Shown here: positions 20,701 through 28,759 of the stretch, piece by piece
Layout of the letters: the number at the start of each line of letters is the position of its first letter
Numbering within the stretch: position 1 is the first letter of the stretch
Assembly (NCBI GenBank): GCA_030627705.1
Contig: DAOVTE010000002.1
Span: 1-41,541, forward strand
From: Bacteroidales bacterium
GTDB lineage: Bacteria > Bacteroidota > Bacteroidia > Bacteroidales > JAFGXI01
DNA length: 41,541 bases
Reading direction: 5' to 3'
Translations under genes and position numbers: made by a program
Notes under the pieces: generated by a model
What the model was told of the DNA's origin: nothing
The model's input: the letters and a program-made list of their open reading frames with translations, nothing else
The model's database searches: none

Positions 20701-21298
20701 TCCCGTTATTTAAATTATTAATAGTAACTGGTGTTGTTGTTCCAGGTATTAAAGCAATATTATGATTAAGGTAATTTCCTCCAGAAGGATTAGGCCCAGA
20801 AAGAAAAAATCCAAAAGCATCATTATAGGTGCTGTTTACAAATTCTGGGTATTCCTCAGAAGCAAAAATGTATCGAAACTCAACAGTATCAGACGCAGGA
20901 ATAAAATCAAACTCTAAAACTGAACAATCATTTACAGAAGTTGGAGCTGTTAATGTTGCTAATTGAGGATCGTGAATATTAGATGGGCACGATGTAGTAG
21001 TAGAACCAGATGTATTTGGTCCTGAGGCGTCTCGTGTGTCACCAGAAGATAAAATAATCCCAGAACTATTTACAGGAAACCCAAGAGAAACAGCACCAGG
21101 TCCAGTTGCTGTAAAATAACCTATTTGCATAGCATCGCCCTGAAAAGTAACACTGCTCGCTGTAATACAGCCATTTAGTAGTTTTGTTTGTACTAATTGT
21201 GTAGGGGTGTATGTAGTAATATCAACTGCTATTTGCGAAATAGAACTATTTGTTATTAAAATAGTTGCTATTAAAGTTATAATAAATTTTGTTTTCAT
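17717..21298 (-). CDS. Surface adhesin-like protein: choice-of-anchor L domain, SprB repeats, PKD domains, T9SS type B (gliding-motility-associated) CTD
   Basis: FRYIFASEEYPEFV and YHIKLAVGDAGDRVYDSSVF (choice-of-anchor L); four C...G...GG.PY.Y.W SprB-like repeats; WDFGD/WNFGD PKD motifs; PTAFTPNNDGIND..IYDRWG..WDG CTD. Confidence 0.88.
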   Translation of the reverse strand: MKTKFIITLIATILITNSSISQIAVDITTYTPTQLVQTKLLNGCITASSVTFQGDAMQIGYFTATGPGAVSLGFPVNSSGIILSSGDTRDASGPNTSGSTTTSCPSNIHDPQLATLTAPTSVNDCSVLEFDFIPASDTVEFRYIFASEEYPEFVNSTYNDAFGFFLSGPNPSGGNYLNHNIALIPGTTTPVTINNLNNGTNTPTAGPCVNCNYYIDNSTNNWHIEYDGYTTVLTATIIVNMCQTYHIKLAVGDAGDRVYDSSVFLEEGSFSSGTPVSMNSFTSVGNQTNTVYEGCTNYYDFCRVDTNNLAASAAVPISLAITGTAINGVDISTFPTSLSIPAGQACLSVNYNGILDAISDPGEYLVLELLSGCPCTPTLLFDTITVIDIPLIQGGIVQNDTLICGTGGTGGNIIFDAWTNLDSTVANYQWSTGATSQSINIPIPLGNTTYYVTITDPCSQMIIDSINVSFSDLLIDFVGVDISCNGLLDGSIFATPTNGQSPYTYAWNTGDSTNGIYNLAAGTYYITVIDGYGCPGDSSFTIIEPAVLTTTLTPVNLICFEDNSGEIISNPTGGTAPYTYSWSDGSVTQNAINMPRGTFTVTITDNHNCQTTATATITQPGKMQISGSKLDIDCYSYGDVGSANVQVQAGTPGYIYSWDNGETTPNIDSLAPGIYHVSVTDQNNCAIDTFFIINQRPEITFTNTSTPTYCYGYSDGTATIIPSGGTSPFTYSWSNNTSNQSITNVPSGSYYVTITDANGCRNNFSIFVDQPTEVVASVNTHPTICIGESTILHTSATGGTPPYIHHWDNGSALEDITVSPIVTSSYITYSEDVYGCVSDPVSVTVIVNLALEIDISTSDNYACKGDPIILSSIVSGGNGNYTLTLDNGMIISDNYSYFLTNPIKEFIRVTVSDDCGTLPVSDTISVNILPLPEFTLQSDITEGCQPLEINFTQYSGGNEYSFTWDFGDYTNNDNISTKNSPTHTYYEHGTYTITLIAETDDGCRNSLSVNELITVHKKPKAVFSVKPKVLTTVKPIISLNDYSEDAKYYSWNFGDSDTSNLKNPTHTYLGISGDYIINLVVRSPYNCIDSISETIKILDEHAFYYPTAFTPNNDGINDSWQIFGSNIDNDNFELIIYDRWGEIVFTSNNMHESWDGRIKSGEISSTGVFNWVVNYKEKTGLDHKSVGTITLIR

Positions 21299-21424
21299 AT
21301 AAATATTAGTTTATTTTTATGCTCTAATTATAGACGTATTATATGTAAATAACGTTGCCTTAAAAACAGTTTAATTACATATAATATATTGTATTAATTA
21401 GTAAATATATACTCTTTTAATCAA

Positions 21425-21432
21425 TAACTTTG
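21425..21432 (+). promoter_or_regulatory. Bacteroidota -7 promoter element for rmuC
   Basis: TAACTTTG exact TAnnTTTG match; ATG at 21436. Confidence 0.6.
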
Positions 21433-21435
21433 CAT

Positions 21436-22764
21436 ATGGACATATTATTTTTAATTATTGGCTTAATAATAGGGGTAGTAATAGGATTATTAATTTCTAA
21501 AATTCTTCTTAATAAACCTAATGTAGAAAACATAAAAGATAAAGAATTTGATGATATAAAAATAAAACTTGCAATTTATAAATCGAAATTAGACGACTTT
21601 ATTAAAACTAGTGAAGCAGATAAACATAGCCTAGACGAAAAAGATTTTCAAATAATTGAACTCAACAAAAAAATATCATCAAAATCTACCGAGAATGAGA
21701 ATTTATTAACAAAAATAAATGAAAGTAAAGAGGAGTATAAGAATATTCAAAAAGAATTTCAAATACAATTTAAGAACCTTGCAAATGAGATTTTAGAAGA
21801 AAAGACAAAGAAATTTACCTCACAAAATAGAGATAACTTAGATGAAATTTTAAAGCCATTAAAAGAAAAAATATCATCTTTCGAGAAAAAAGTTGAAGAA
21901 ACATACGACAAGGAGTCAAAAGAGCGATTTAGTTTAAAAGAAGAAGTTAAAAGACTAGAGGAATTAAATCAAAAAATTAGCAAAGAGGCAAATAATCTAG
22001 CAACTGCACTAAAAGGCGAAAGTAAGACCCAAGGAAATTGGGGCGAAATGATTTTAGAGAATATCTTGCAACAATCAGGTCTAGTAAAAAATCGAGAGTA
22101 TTTCCCGCAATCGTCGTATTCGGGCGAAGATGGAAATAGATTACAGCCAGATGTTGTGATAAAATATCCAGAAGATAAATCGGTTGTTGTAGATTCTAAA
22201 GTATCGCTTACTGCTTACGAAACTTATGTTTCGTCCGAAAGTAAAGATGAAAAAGAGCTTGCTATAAAAGCACATATGATTTCTCTAAAAAAACACATTA
22301 AGGAACTTAGCGACAAGAATTATCAAAATATCTACGACCTAAATAGTTTAGATTTTGTAATGATGTTTATTCCTATTGAACCTGCATACTTACTTGCAAT
22401 ACAGAACGATTCTGATTTATGGAACTTTGCATATAAACTGCGAGTTTTATTAATTAGTCCTACCAATTTAATTGCAGCGCTAAAAATGATATCCAGCATG
22501 TGGAAACAAGAATATCAAAGCAAAAATGTAATGGAAATTGCACGTCAATCAGGCGATTTATACGATAAGTTTGTTGGTTTAGTAAACGACCTTATTGATA
22601 TAGGAAAAAAACTAGATCAAACGCAAGATTCCTATAAAAAATCTATGAATAAACTAAGCGAAGGAAAAGGTAATTTAATTTCTAGAGTAGAAAAAATTAA
22701 AAAATTAGGTGTAAAAACTAAAAATTCAATACCAGAGAAATTAATTGATAGGGCTATAGAATAG
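21436..22764 (+). CDS. rmuC: DNA recombination protein RmuC
   Basis: N-terminal TM, coiled coil, KTQGNWGEMILE, QPDVVI, VVDSKVSL, DFVMMFIPIE. ATG 21436 preferred over the TTG at 21430, which lies inside the promoter box. Confidence 0.95.
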   Translation: MDILFLIIGLIIGVVIGLLISKILLNKPNVENIKDKEFDDIKIKLAIYKSKLDDFIKTSEADKHSLDEKDFQIIELNKKISSKSTENENLLTKINESKEEYKNIQKEFQIQFKNLANEILEEKTKKFTSQNRDNLDEILKPLKEKISSFEKKVEETYDKESKERFSLKEEVKRLEELNQKISKEANNLATALKGESKTQGNWGEMILENILQQSGLVKNREYFPQSSYSGEDGNRLQPDVVIKYPEDKSVVVDSKVSLTAYETYVSSESKDEKELAIKAHMISLKKHIKELSDKNYQNIYDLNSLDFVMMFIPIEPAYLLAIQNDSDLWNFAYKLRVLLISPTNLIAALKMISSMWKQEYQSKNVMEIARQSGDLYDKFVGLVNDLIDIGKKLDQTQDSYKKSMNKLSEGKGNLISRVEKIKKLGVKTKNSIPEKLIDRAIE

Positions 22765-22872
22765 TGATAAGATTTGGTTTGTTGTTATGTCGAGCATAGC
22801 CGAGACATCTCAGGCATAAACCAATTGATTTAAATTGTACAAGTCTACTAACTTCTGACAAAGTTTTATCAC
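22764..22872. repeat. Structured intergenic element with nested inverted repeats (REP/MITE-like or ncRNA)
   Basis: Outer GTGATAAGATTT / AAAGTTTTATCAC; alternative TTGGTTT / AAACCAA; inner ATGTCGAGCATAGCCGAGACAT. Confidence 0.4.
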
Positions 22873-23063
22873 AACATAAAAGAACTCTTTCAGAGTCCAG
22901 TAAATCCAACATTTATAGATAGTATTATTTGTAAATTATTAATATTTTTATAAAAAAGCAGGAATTTAAAGATCTACTAAACTAGAAAAAAAAATTTCGT
23001 ATAATTTATTAGGTTTTGAGATAAATAATATGTGTTTTTTACTTAATTTAGCAAAAAAAACTT

Positions 23064-26000
23064 ATGAAAAAATTATTGTTTATTATCTTAGGGATAACAA
23101 TTTATATAAATGCGTTTTCTCAGGATACTACAGTTGTTCAAACCTTAACTTTTGATAGTTTAGGACGAGATTATATATTTACTTTTCCTGAAGATACAGG
23201 ACAATCTTACGAAAAAATATATATGCAATATAGGATGAGGTGTAAAAACGCTTTAGTATCTAATAGTTCTGCTCCAAACCAAGGTTGTGGAGAATGGGAT
23301 TATAGTTGTAATACTTTTATTGTAGATTCTGCATATACCGATTCTATTAAAGCATCAGCTCCATCGCATATTATTACTAGTTTTGCTGGTACTACATACG
23401 AGTATACAACACAACCAACATATTCGTACATTCAATATAGTCAACAAAATGTAACTTACAATTCAGTAATTTCAGAAACATTTGCTTTAGTAGGAACTGG
23501 AACTACAGGAATAAATCATCCATTAGAAACATCTAAAACAGTTTCTAAAACACAATATTTATGGACAGCAACTGAGTTGACTTCTGCTGGATTAATAATT
23601 GGTGATATTACAGGATTAAAATTAAACATTACTAATTCTGGTGCCGATGCTCAATATTTAAGAATAAAAATTAAGCAAACAACACAAAGCATTTTGAACG
23701 AAGAAACTCCAGAAACTAATGGTTTTACAGAAGTATATTTCTTAAACACAAGTTTAGTAAATGGTTTAAACCAATTTAATTTTTATAATAATTTTACTTG
23801 GGATGGAACTTCTAATTTATTAGTAGAGTTTAGTTTTACAAATTCGAGTTCAGGAATAAATAGCACTATAGAAGGACACGATGCAGGAGCAAATATGGCA
23901 TTAATTTCAGATACTGAAGATAAATATTTAGAATTTTCAGCAATCGGAAATGTAGATATTTCAAACTCTGATTATTCAAGTATTTCTAATGAAATTTCAA
24001 TATCTTTTTGGGCGTATGGTAACTCAAGTATATTACCAGTAAATACGTCTGTTTTCGAAGGTGTAGATAATTTAAATAGAAGACAAGCACACTCACACCT
24101 TCCTTGGGGAAATTCTAAAATCTTTTGGGATTGTGGTAACGATGGTTCATACGATAGGATTTATAAGGAAGCAACAAGTTCAAGTATAATCAAGGGACAA
24201 TGGAATCATTGGGTATTTACAAAAAATACTGTTACTGATAGTATGAAAATTTATTATAACGGAGCAATATGGCACTCTGCATCACAAAAAAATAAAACAA
24301 TTGATATTCAAAATTTTATTTTTGGCTCCAATGCATCTAATACGAGATCTTACTATGGATTTATTGATGATTTTTCTATTTGGGATACAGAACTTAGTCA
24401 ACAAGAAATTCAAGATTGGATGTACAAAGATATTGATGCATCTCACCCAAAATATTCAAATATGATAAATTATTTTACACTTAACGAAGGTTATGGGAAT
24501 GTAATTAATGATGTTTCATTAAATAATATTTCGGGAAATCACAGTGGAATGGCAACATGGAAAAGTCACAGAGGAAAAGATATTTTTAAAAGCTTTATTG
24601 CAAATACTTATAGACCAAATACAACATTTATTCAAGGTAATTATACATTAACAATAGACACCGTTTATTCTTTAGATTCTACTATAAATGATCCAAATAT
24701 TGTTTATGCTTATCAATTAAATGGCACCGATTTAGAACCTGTAGACACAAATCTGTATTATCTTGCAGGAAATTCATTTGTGTATAACGAATCAAACGTA
24801 ATTGTAGATACTGTTTATTTTGCGACAGAAGACACAATTAATATTACAACATTAAATTATTTTAATAAATTCACATCACAATTCGAAATAATGTCTTTTG
24901 TTACACCGTATGGTTTGTTTTTAGATTTAGGAGTAGAAGGAAAAATGTGGCAGTTCGATGTATCCGATTTCAAATCTATTTTAAATGGAAATAAAAGATT
25001 ATACTTGGGACTTGGTGGTCAAAATCAAGAAGACCTAGATATAAAATTTTTATTTATTTCGGGAACTCCAGCTCGCGAAGCATTAAATATTCAGCAAATT
25101 TGGAGATCAGGTAGATCGTTATCTTACCAAGATATTATGGCAGATATAATAGCCGAACCTAGAAATATTAAATTAGATGCAGCAGCTTCTACTTACAAAA
25201 TAAGAACATCTATTACAGGACATGGACAAGAAGGTGAATTTATTTCAAGAACACATTTTATTGATATAGATGGTGGGACAAACGAGCTGGAATGGCAAGT
25301 ATGGAAAGAGTGTGCAGAAAATCCAATCTTCCCGCAAGGAGGAACTTGGATATACGATAGAGCAGGGTGGTGTCCTGGAGCCCCAACAGATTTACAAGAA
25401 CTAGAATTAGAAAATGTTTCGCCTGGGCAAACTATAGAAGTAGACTATGGAGTTACATCAGGTTCTGGTACTAGCAAGTATCTTGTAAATTGCCAACTAG
25501 TAACATATGGTGCAGCTAACTTTAACTTAGATGCAGAACTTGTAGAAGTTAAATATCCATCAACAAAAGTTAAATACAGCAGACTTAACCCTATTTGCTA
25601 CGATCCGAAAATTACAATTAGAAATTCTGGAGCAACAACCATTACTAGTCTAGATATTACATATAATGTAGTTGGAGGCGATACTTTAGTTTATAATTGG
25701 ACAGGTAGCCTAGAATTTATGCAAAAACAAGATATTACATTGCCAATAGATTCTGCTTCGTTTTGGGTAGGTACAAATGAAGTTTTTGTTGTAACATTAA
25801 GTTCGCCAAATGCAGGGCAAGACGAATATGCAAACAATAACACAATTAATTCTGAATTTATTTTACCAGATGTTTTTACAGGAAAAGTATATCTGTCAAC
25901 ATTAACAAATGCTAGAGCTTTTGAGAACTCCTATACTATAAAAGATATGTATGGAGATGTTGTATTAAGTAGAGCAGGGATGTCTAATTACACATATTAT

Positions 26001-26480
26001 TATGATACTTTGCAAGCAGAAGAGGGTTGCTTTACATTAGAGTTTAACGATTGGGGCAACGATGGTCTAGAATTTTGGGCTAACTCTGCTCAAGGTGCAG
26101 GAAATTTAAGGCTAAAGAGTGTAGAAACTGGTTGGAACCTTAAGGCGTTTGATTCAGATTTTGGAAAAAGTATAATATATTCGTTTTCTATTATTGAAGA
26201 TGAGACAGGTATTAAAGAAACTCAGATAGATAATCGTATTAATATTTATCCTAACCCAACAAAAGGTAATATTGCAATTGATATTAACTTAGAATATAAA
26301 ACTAACGGTAGTATTTCGGTTTCTGATTTAACAGGAAGAATAATTTACGAAGAAAATATTAATAATATTTCTAAAGGTTTGGTAAATATTGATTTATCTA
26401 ATAATCCTACAGGAGTTTATTATTGTACTTTTATTTTTGATGATATTTTAGAAACAAGAAAGATAGTTATTGTAGATTAA
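23064..26480 (+). CDS. Peptide-N-glycosidase F-related protein with inserted LamG-like domain and T9SS type A CTD
   Basis: GCGEWDY, FEIMSFVTPYG, TGHG, GTWIYDRAGWCPG PNGase F-like motifs; WNHWVFT..KIYYNG..GFIDDFSIWDTELS LamG motifs; IYPNP CTD. Confidence 0.82.
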   Translation: MKKLLFIILGITIYINAFSQDTTVVQTLTFDSLGRDYIFTFPEDTGQSYEKIYMQYRMRCKNALVSNSSAPNQGCGEWDYSCNTFIVDSAYTDSIKASAPSHIITSFAGTTYEYTTQPTYSYIQYSQQNVTYNSVISETFALVGTGTTGINHPLETSKTVSKTQYLWTATELTSAGLIIGDITGLKLNITNSGADAQYLRIKIKQTTQSILNEETPETNGFTEVYFLNTSLVNGLNQFNFYNNFTWDGTSNLLVEFSFTNSSSGINSTIEGHDAGANMALISDTEDKYLEFSAIGNVDISNSDYSSISNEISISFWAYGNSSILPVNTSVFEGVDNLNRRQAHSHLPWGNSKIFWDCGNDGSYDRIYKEATSSSIIKGQWNHWVFTKNTVTDSMKIYYNGAIWHSASQKNKTIDIQNFIFGSNASNTRSYYGFIDDFSIWDTELSQQEIQDWMYKDIDASHPKYSNMINYFTLNEGYGNVINDVSLNNISGNHSGMATWKSHRGKDIFKSFIANTYRPNTTFIQGNYTLTIDTVYSLDSTINDPNIVYAYQLNGTDLEPVDTNLYYLAGNSFVYNESNVIVDTVYFATEDTINITTLNYFNKFTSQFEIMSFVTPYGLFLDLGVEGKMWQFDVSDFKSILNGNKRLYLGLGGQNQEDLDIKFLFISGTPAREALNIQQIWRSGRSLSYQDIMADIIAEPRNIKLDAAASTYKIRTSITGHGQEGEFISRTHFIDIDGGTNELEWQVWKECAENPIFPQGGTWIYDRAGWCPGAPTDLQELELENVSPGQTIEVDYGVTSGSGTSKYLVNCQLVTYGAANFNLDAELVEVKYPSTKVKYSRLNPICYDPKITIRNSGATTITSLDITYNVVGGDTLVYNWTGSLEFMQKQDITLPIDSASFWVGTNEVFVVTLSSPNAGQDEYANNNTINSEFILPDVFTGKVYLSTLTNARAFENSYTIKDMYGDVVLSRAGMSNYTYYYDTLQAEEGCFTLEFNDWGNDGLEFWANSAQGAGNLRLKSVETGWNLKAFDSDFGKSIIYSFSIIEDETGIKETQIDNRINIYPNPTKGNIAIDINLEYKTNGSISVSDLTGRIIYEENINNISKGLVNIDLSNNPTGVYYCTFIFDDILETRKIVIVD

Positions 26481-26493
26481 TATTGTACATTAT

Positions 26494-26529
26494 AAAAAAA
26501 CCTTTAAGAGTCTCTCTTAAAGGTTTTTT
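26494..26529. terminator. Bidirectional intrinsic terminator
   Basis: A7-CCTTTAAGAG-tct-CTCTTAAAGG-T6 between convergent genes. Confidence 0.92.
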
Positions 26530-26536
26530 GTAATTT

Positions 26537-28681
26537 CTACAATTTAATAATTTTATCAATTCTACTTCCAGTATTTGATTTTATTTTAAGAAAATAGATG
26601 CCTTTAGCTAAATTTGAAATGTTAATTGTAAATTCATTACTGCTATTTTTTGCTTGCGTATTGCTAGTTTCTCGTCCATATACATCCATAATTTTATAAG
26701 TTATTACCTTTGCGTTGTAACCTTTAACTTGCACGTAAGTGCTTGCTGGGTTTGGGTAAATACCAATATCTGAAAGTTCTGTATCATTTATTTTTGTATT
26801 TGAATACGAAAAATATTCAGACTGATTTGTAATAATATTTCCTTCTAGATCTTCAATATTATTAGCCGTTAAGTAATAGACTCCACTTGATAGATTAGAA
26901 ACTGTTAATGTAACTATTCTATTTTGATTTATATCTTTTTGTGCAGAGATTACAGATATACTGTTATCTATTGTGTAATTATTTATGTTTTCTGCAGTTG
27001 TAGTTTCAACTTCTTTGCTAAATAATACATTTACAGTTGTAGAATTTAGTGCAGTTGCAGATTCTAATCTCATAATTGTTTTGCTTACGTCGTTAAAAGA
27101 CCTTATTTGTACTTTAAATTCATCGTAACTATAGTTGACAATTCCTTCAATATCGTACGATTCATCAATAGTTGGGTAATAATCGAAAATCTCAGTATTC
27201 TGAATTTTTGCATTTCCGCTACCATCATTTATTAGCCAGGTACCATAACCAGAATTTGTGTTTGTACAAATTGCACTATTAAACTTTACTAATACGCTTT
27301 CGAAACTCTCGCCAAGCTCATTAGTATTTATTACTGATGCATTAGGTAAAGGGTTATCTGATGAACAAAAATAATAGTTGGCTACATTAATTATTTCTGT
27401 AAAGTCGTAATACTCATCTACTGTGCCAGTAATAACTATGCTGTCTCCAATTGTTGGGTTTCTGCCGCCATCGTAAACAAAGATGCCATTCCACTCTCCA
27501 ACACCATCTTGAATATAATATCCATTACCAAAATTTGCAGTTACTATTCCTGTAGTAGTTACTGTTTGATTAATGTATGGCGAAGTTGCTGTTTGTCCTT
27601 GTATATCATAAATAGAACTTGTGCTTCCTGTATAAATATATGGAATATAAATTTCGTAAGGAATACTGCTAGAACTTATGCTACCATTATCTGCATTAAC
27701 TTTAAAATATATAGTTGTGTTTTCAGCTTGCGGGGGAATTATTCCTATAAAATTAGCGCTCAATGCTGTATTATTTATCATAGCAGCATATGAAGTTCCC
27801 CACAATAAATTTGCTGTTATACTTCCTGTATTTGTGGTTATGTTTGAGTAAACTCGGATAGTATCTCCTGCTTGTGGATTATGAGGAATAGTGTAAATGT
27901 TATCTATATCTAAACCATTTGTAGATGTATTATTCCATATTAATTCTGCAAATTCAGGTTTATCAATAAATGGATTTCTATTTTTTTGCCAATTAAAAAT
28001 TTCTTTATTTCTGTTACGTTCAAATTCATCTGGTAGGTCAGTTAAATTCCATTGCAAAAGAGTGGATAGTTTACCATGACTTGCATTTGGATATGTATTA
28101 ATAAAATCTACAACCTCTAAGTCTAGTTCCCCATTTTCGCCTTCGTACCTAGTTGCCATATAAAATATTATTCTAGCAATATCGCCTTTTACTTCGTCGC
28201 GTGGTTCCCAAGCATCTGCGGTATAGTAGCAACCTGTTGCTTCTAAGTGTTGTGTTCCTGTTGCTTGACAATTATCAAAATCTTTATTGCTTCTAGAGAT
28301 ATTTACAGATGCATCTGCGGGCTTTAAGTTATGAGCATCTGTGCCTGTTGGTTGCGATGTTCCAAAGTCGCCATGAGACTTAGCCCAAACATGTTCTCTA
28401 TTTATATCGTTGCTACCAGTACCGTATAATAATCCATCTTCGGTTCTGCCTGTATACACTAGAATTACATTTCCTAAATTAGCAGTATCTGCATCGGATT
28501 TAAGTAAAATATATTTTGCTCTGTCGTAACTAAAAGAAGTATGGTCTTTAATAATATTGTGCAATTCGGTTTTAAGAGTAGAACCATTTATACCCGAAGT
28601 ATTATTATAATATCCTACTTTTTGCGAGAACGTAAAATTGGAAATAAATATTGCTGTAGTTATTAAAAAGAAAATTTTCAT
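26537..28681 (-). CDS. Secreted endonuclease I-family (His-Me finger, Bsn/EndA-like) nuclease with OB-fold and Ig-like modules, T9SS type A CTD
   Basis: NREHVWAKSHG, DAHNLKPAD..NISRSN, WEPRDEVKGDIARIIFYMATRYE, NRNPFID; IYDIQG..VTTTGIVTA..GYYIQDG OB-fold; IYPNP CTD. Confidence 0.88.
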   Translation of the reverse strand: MKIFFLITTAIFISNFTFSQKVGYYNNTSGINGSTLKTELHNIIKDHTSFSYDRAKYILLKSDADTANLGNVILVYTGRTEDGLLYGTGSNDINREHVWAKSHGDFGTSQPTGTDAHNLKPADASVNISRSNKDFDNCQATGTQHLEATGCYYTADAWEPRDEVKGDIARIIFYMATRYEGENGELDLEVVDFINTYPNASHGKLSTLLQWNLTDLPDEFERNRNKEIFNWQKNRNPFIDKPEFAELIWNNTSTNGLDIDNIYTIPHNPQAGDTIRVYSNITTNTGSITANLLWGTSYAAMINNTALSANFIGIIPPQAENTTIYFKVNADNGSISSSSIPYEIYIPYIYTGSTSSIYDIQGQTATSPYINQTVTTTGIVTANFGNGYYIQDGVGEWNGIFVYDGGRNPTIGDSIVITGTVDEYYDFTEIINVANYYFCSSDNPLPNASVINTNELGESFESVLVKFNSAICTNTNSGYGTWLINDGSGNAKIQNTEIFDYYPTIDESYDIEGIVNYSYDEFKVQIRSFNDVSKTIMRLESATALNSTTVNVLFSKEVETTTAENINNYTIDNSISVISAQKDINQNRIVTLTVSNLSSGVYYLTANNIEDLEGNIITNQSEYFSYSNTKINDTELSDIGIYPNPASTYVQVKGYNAKVITYKIMDVYGRETSNTQAKNSSNEFTINISNLAKGIYFLKIKSNTGSRIDKIIKL

Positions 28682-28708
28682 AATAATATTATGTTTAATG
28701 ATAAGGGC

Positions 28709-28735
28709 AAAAAAGGCCTTCCGAAGAAAGCCTTT
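28709..28735 (-). terminator. Intrinsic terminator with cUUCGg tetraloop between the C25 protease and nuclease genes
   Basis: Minus strand AAAGGCTTTC-TTCG-GAAGGCCTTT-TTT. Confidence 0.82.
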
Positions 28736-28759
28736 AATAAAAATGTAAATGTATGTCTT

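Noticed and set aside
12510-21298. Repeated DNA motifs within the BNR and SprB genes as a possible CRISPR or DGR signal
   Set aside because: Repeats are degenerate protein-level repeats. There are no identical direct repeats with spacers, no near-identical TR/VR pair and no cas or reverse transcriptase gene.
21436-22764. RmuC as a defence nuclease or mobile-element marker
   Set aside because: Ordinary full-length RmuC with N-terminal TM; no neighbouring defence, integrase or transposase genes.
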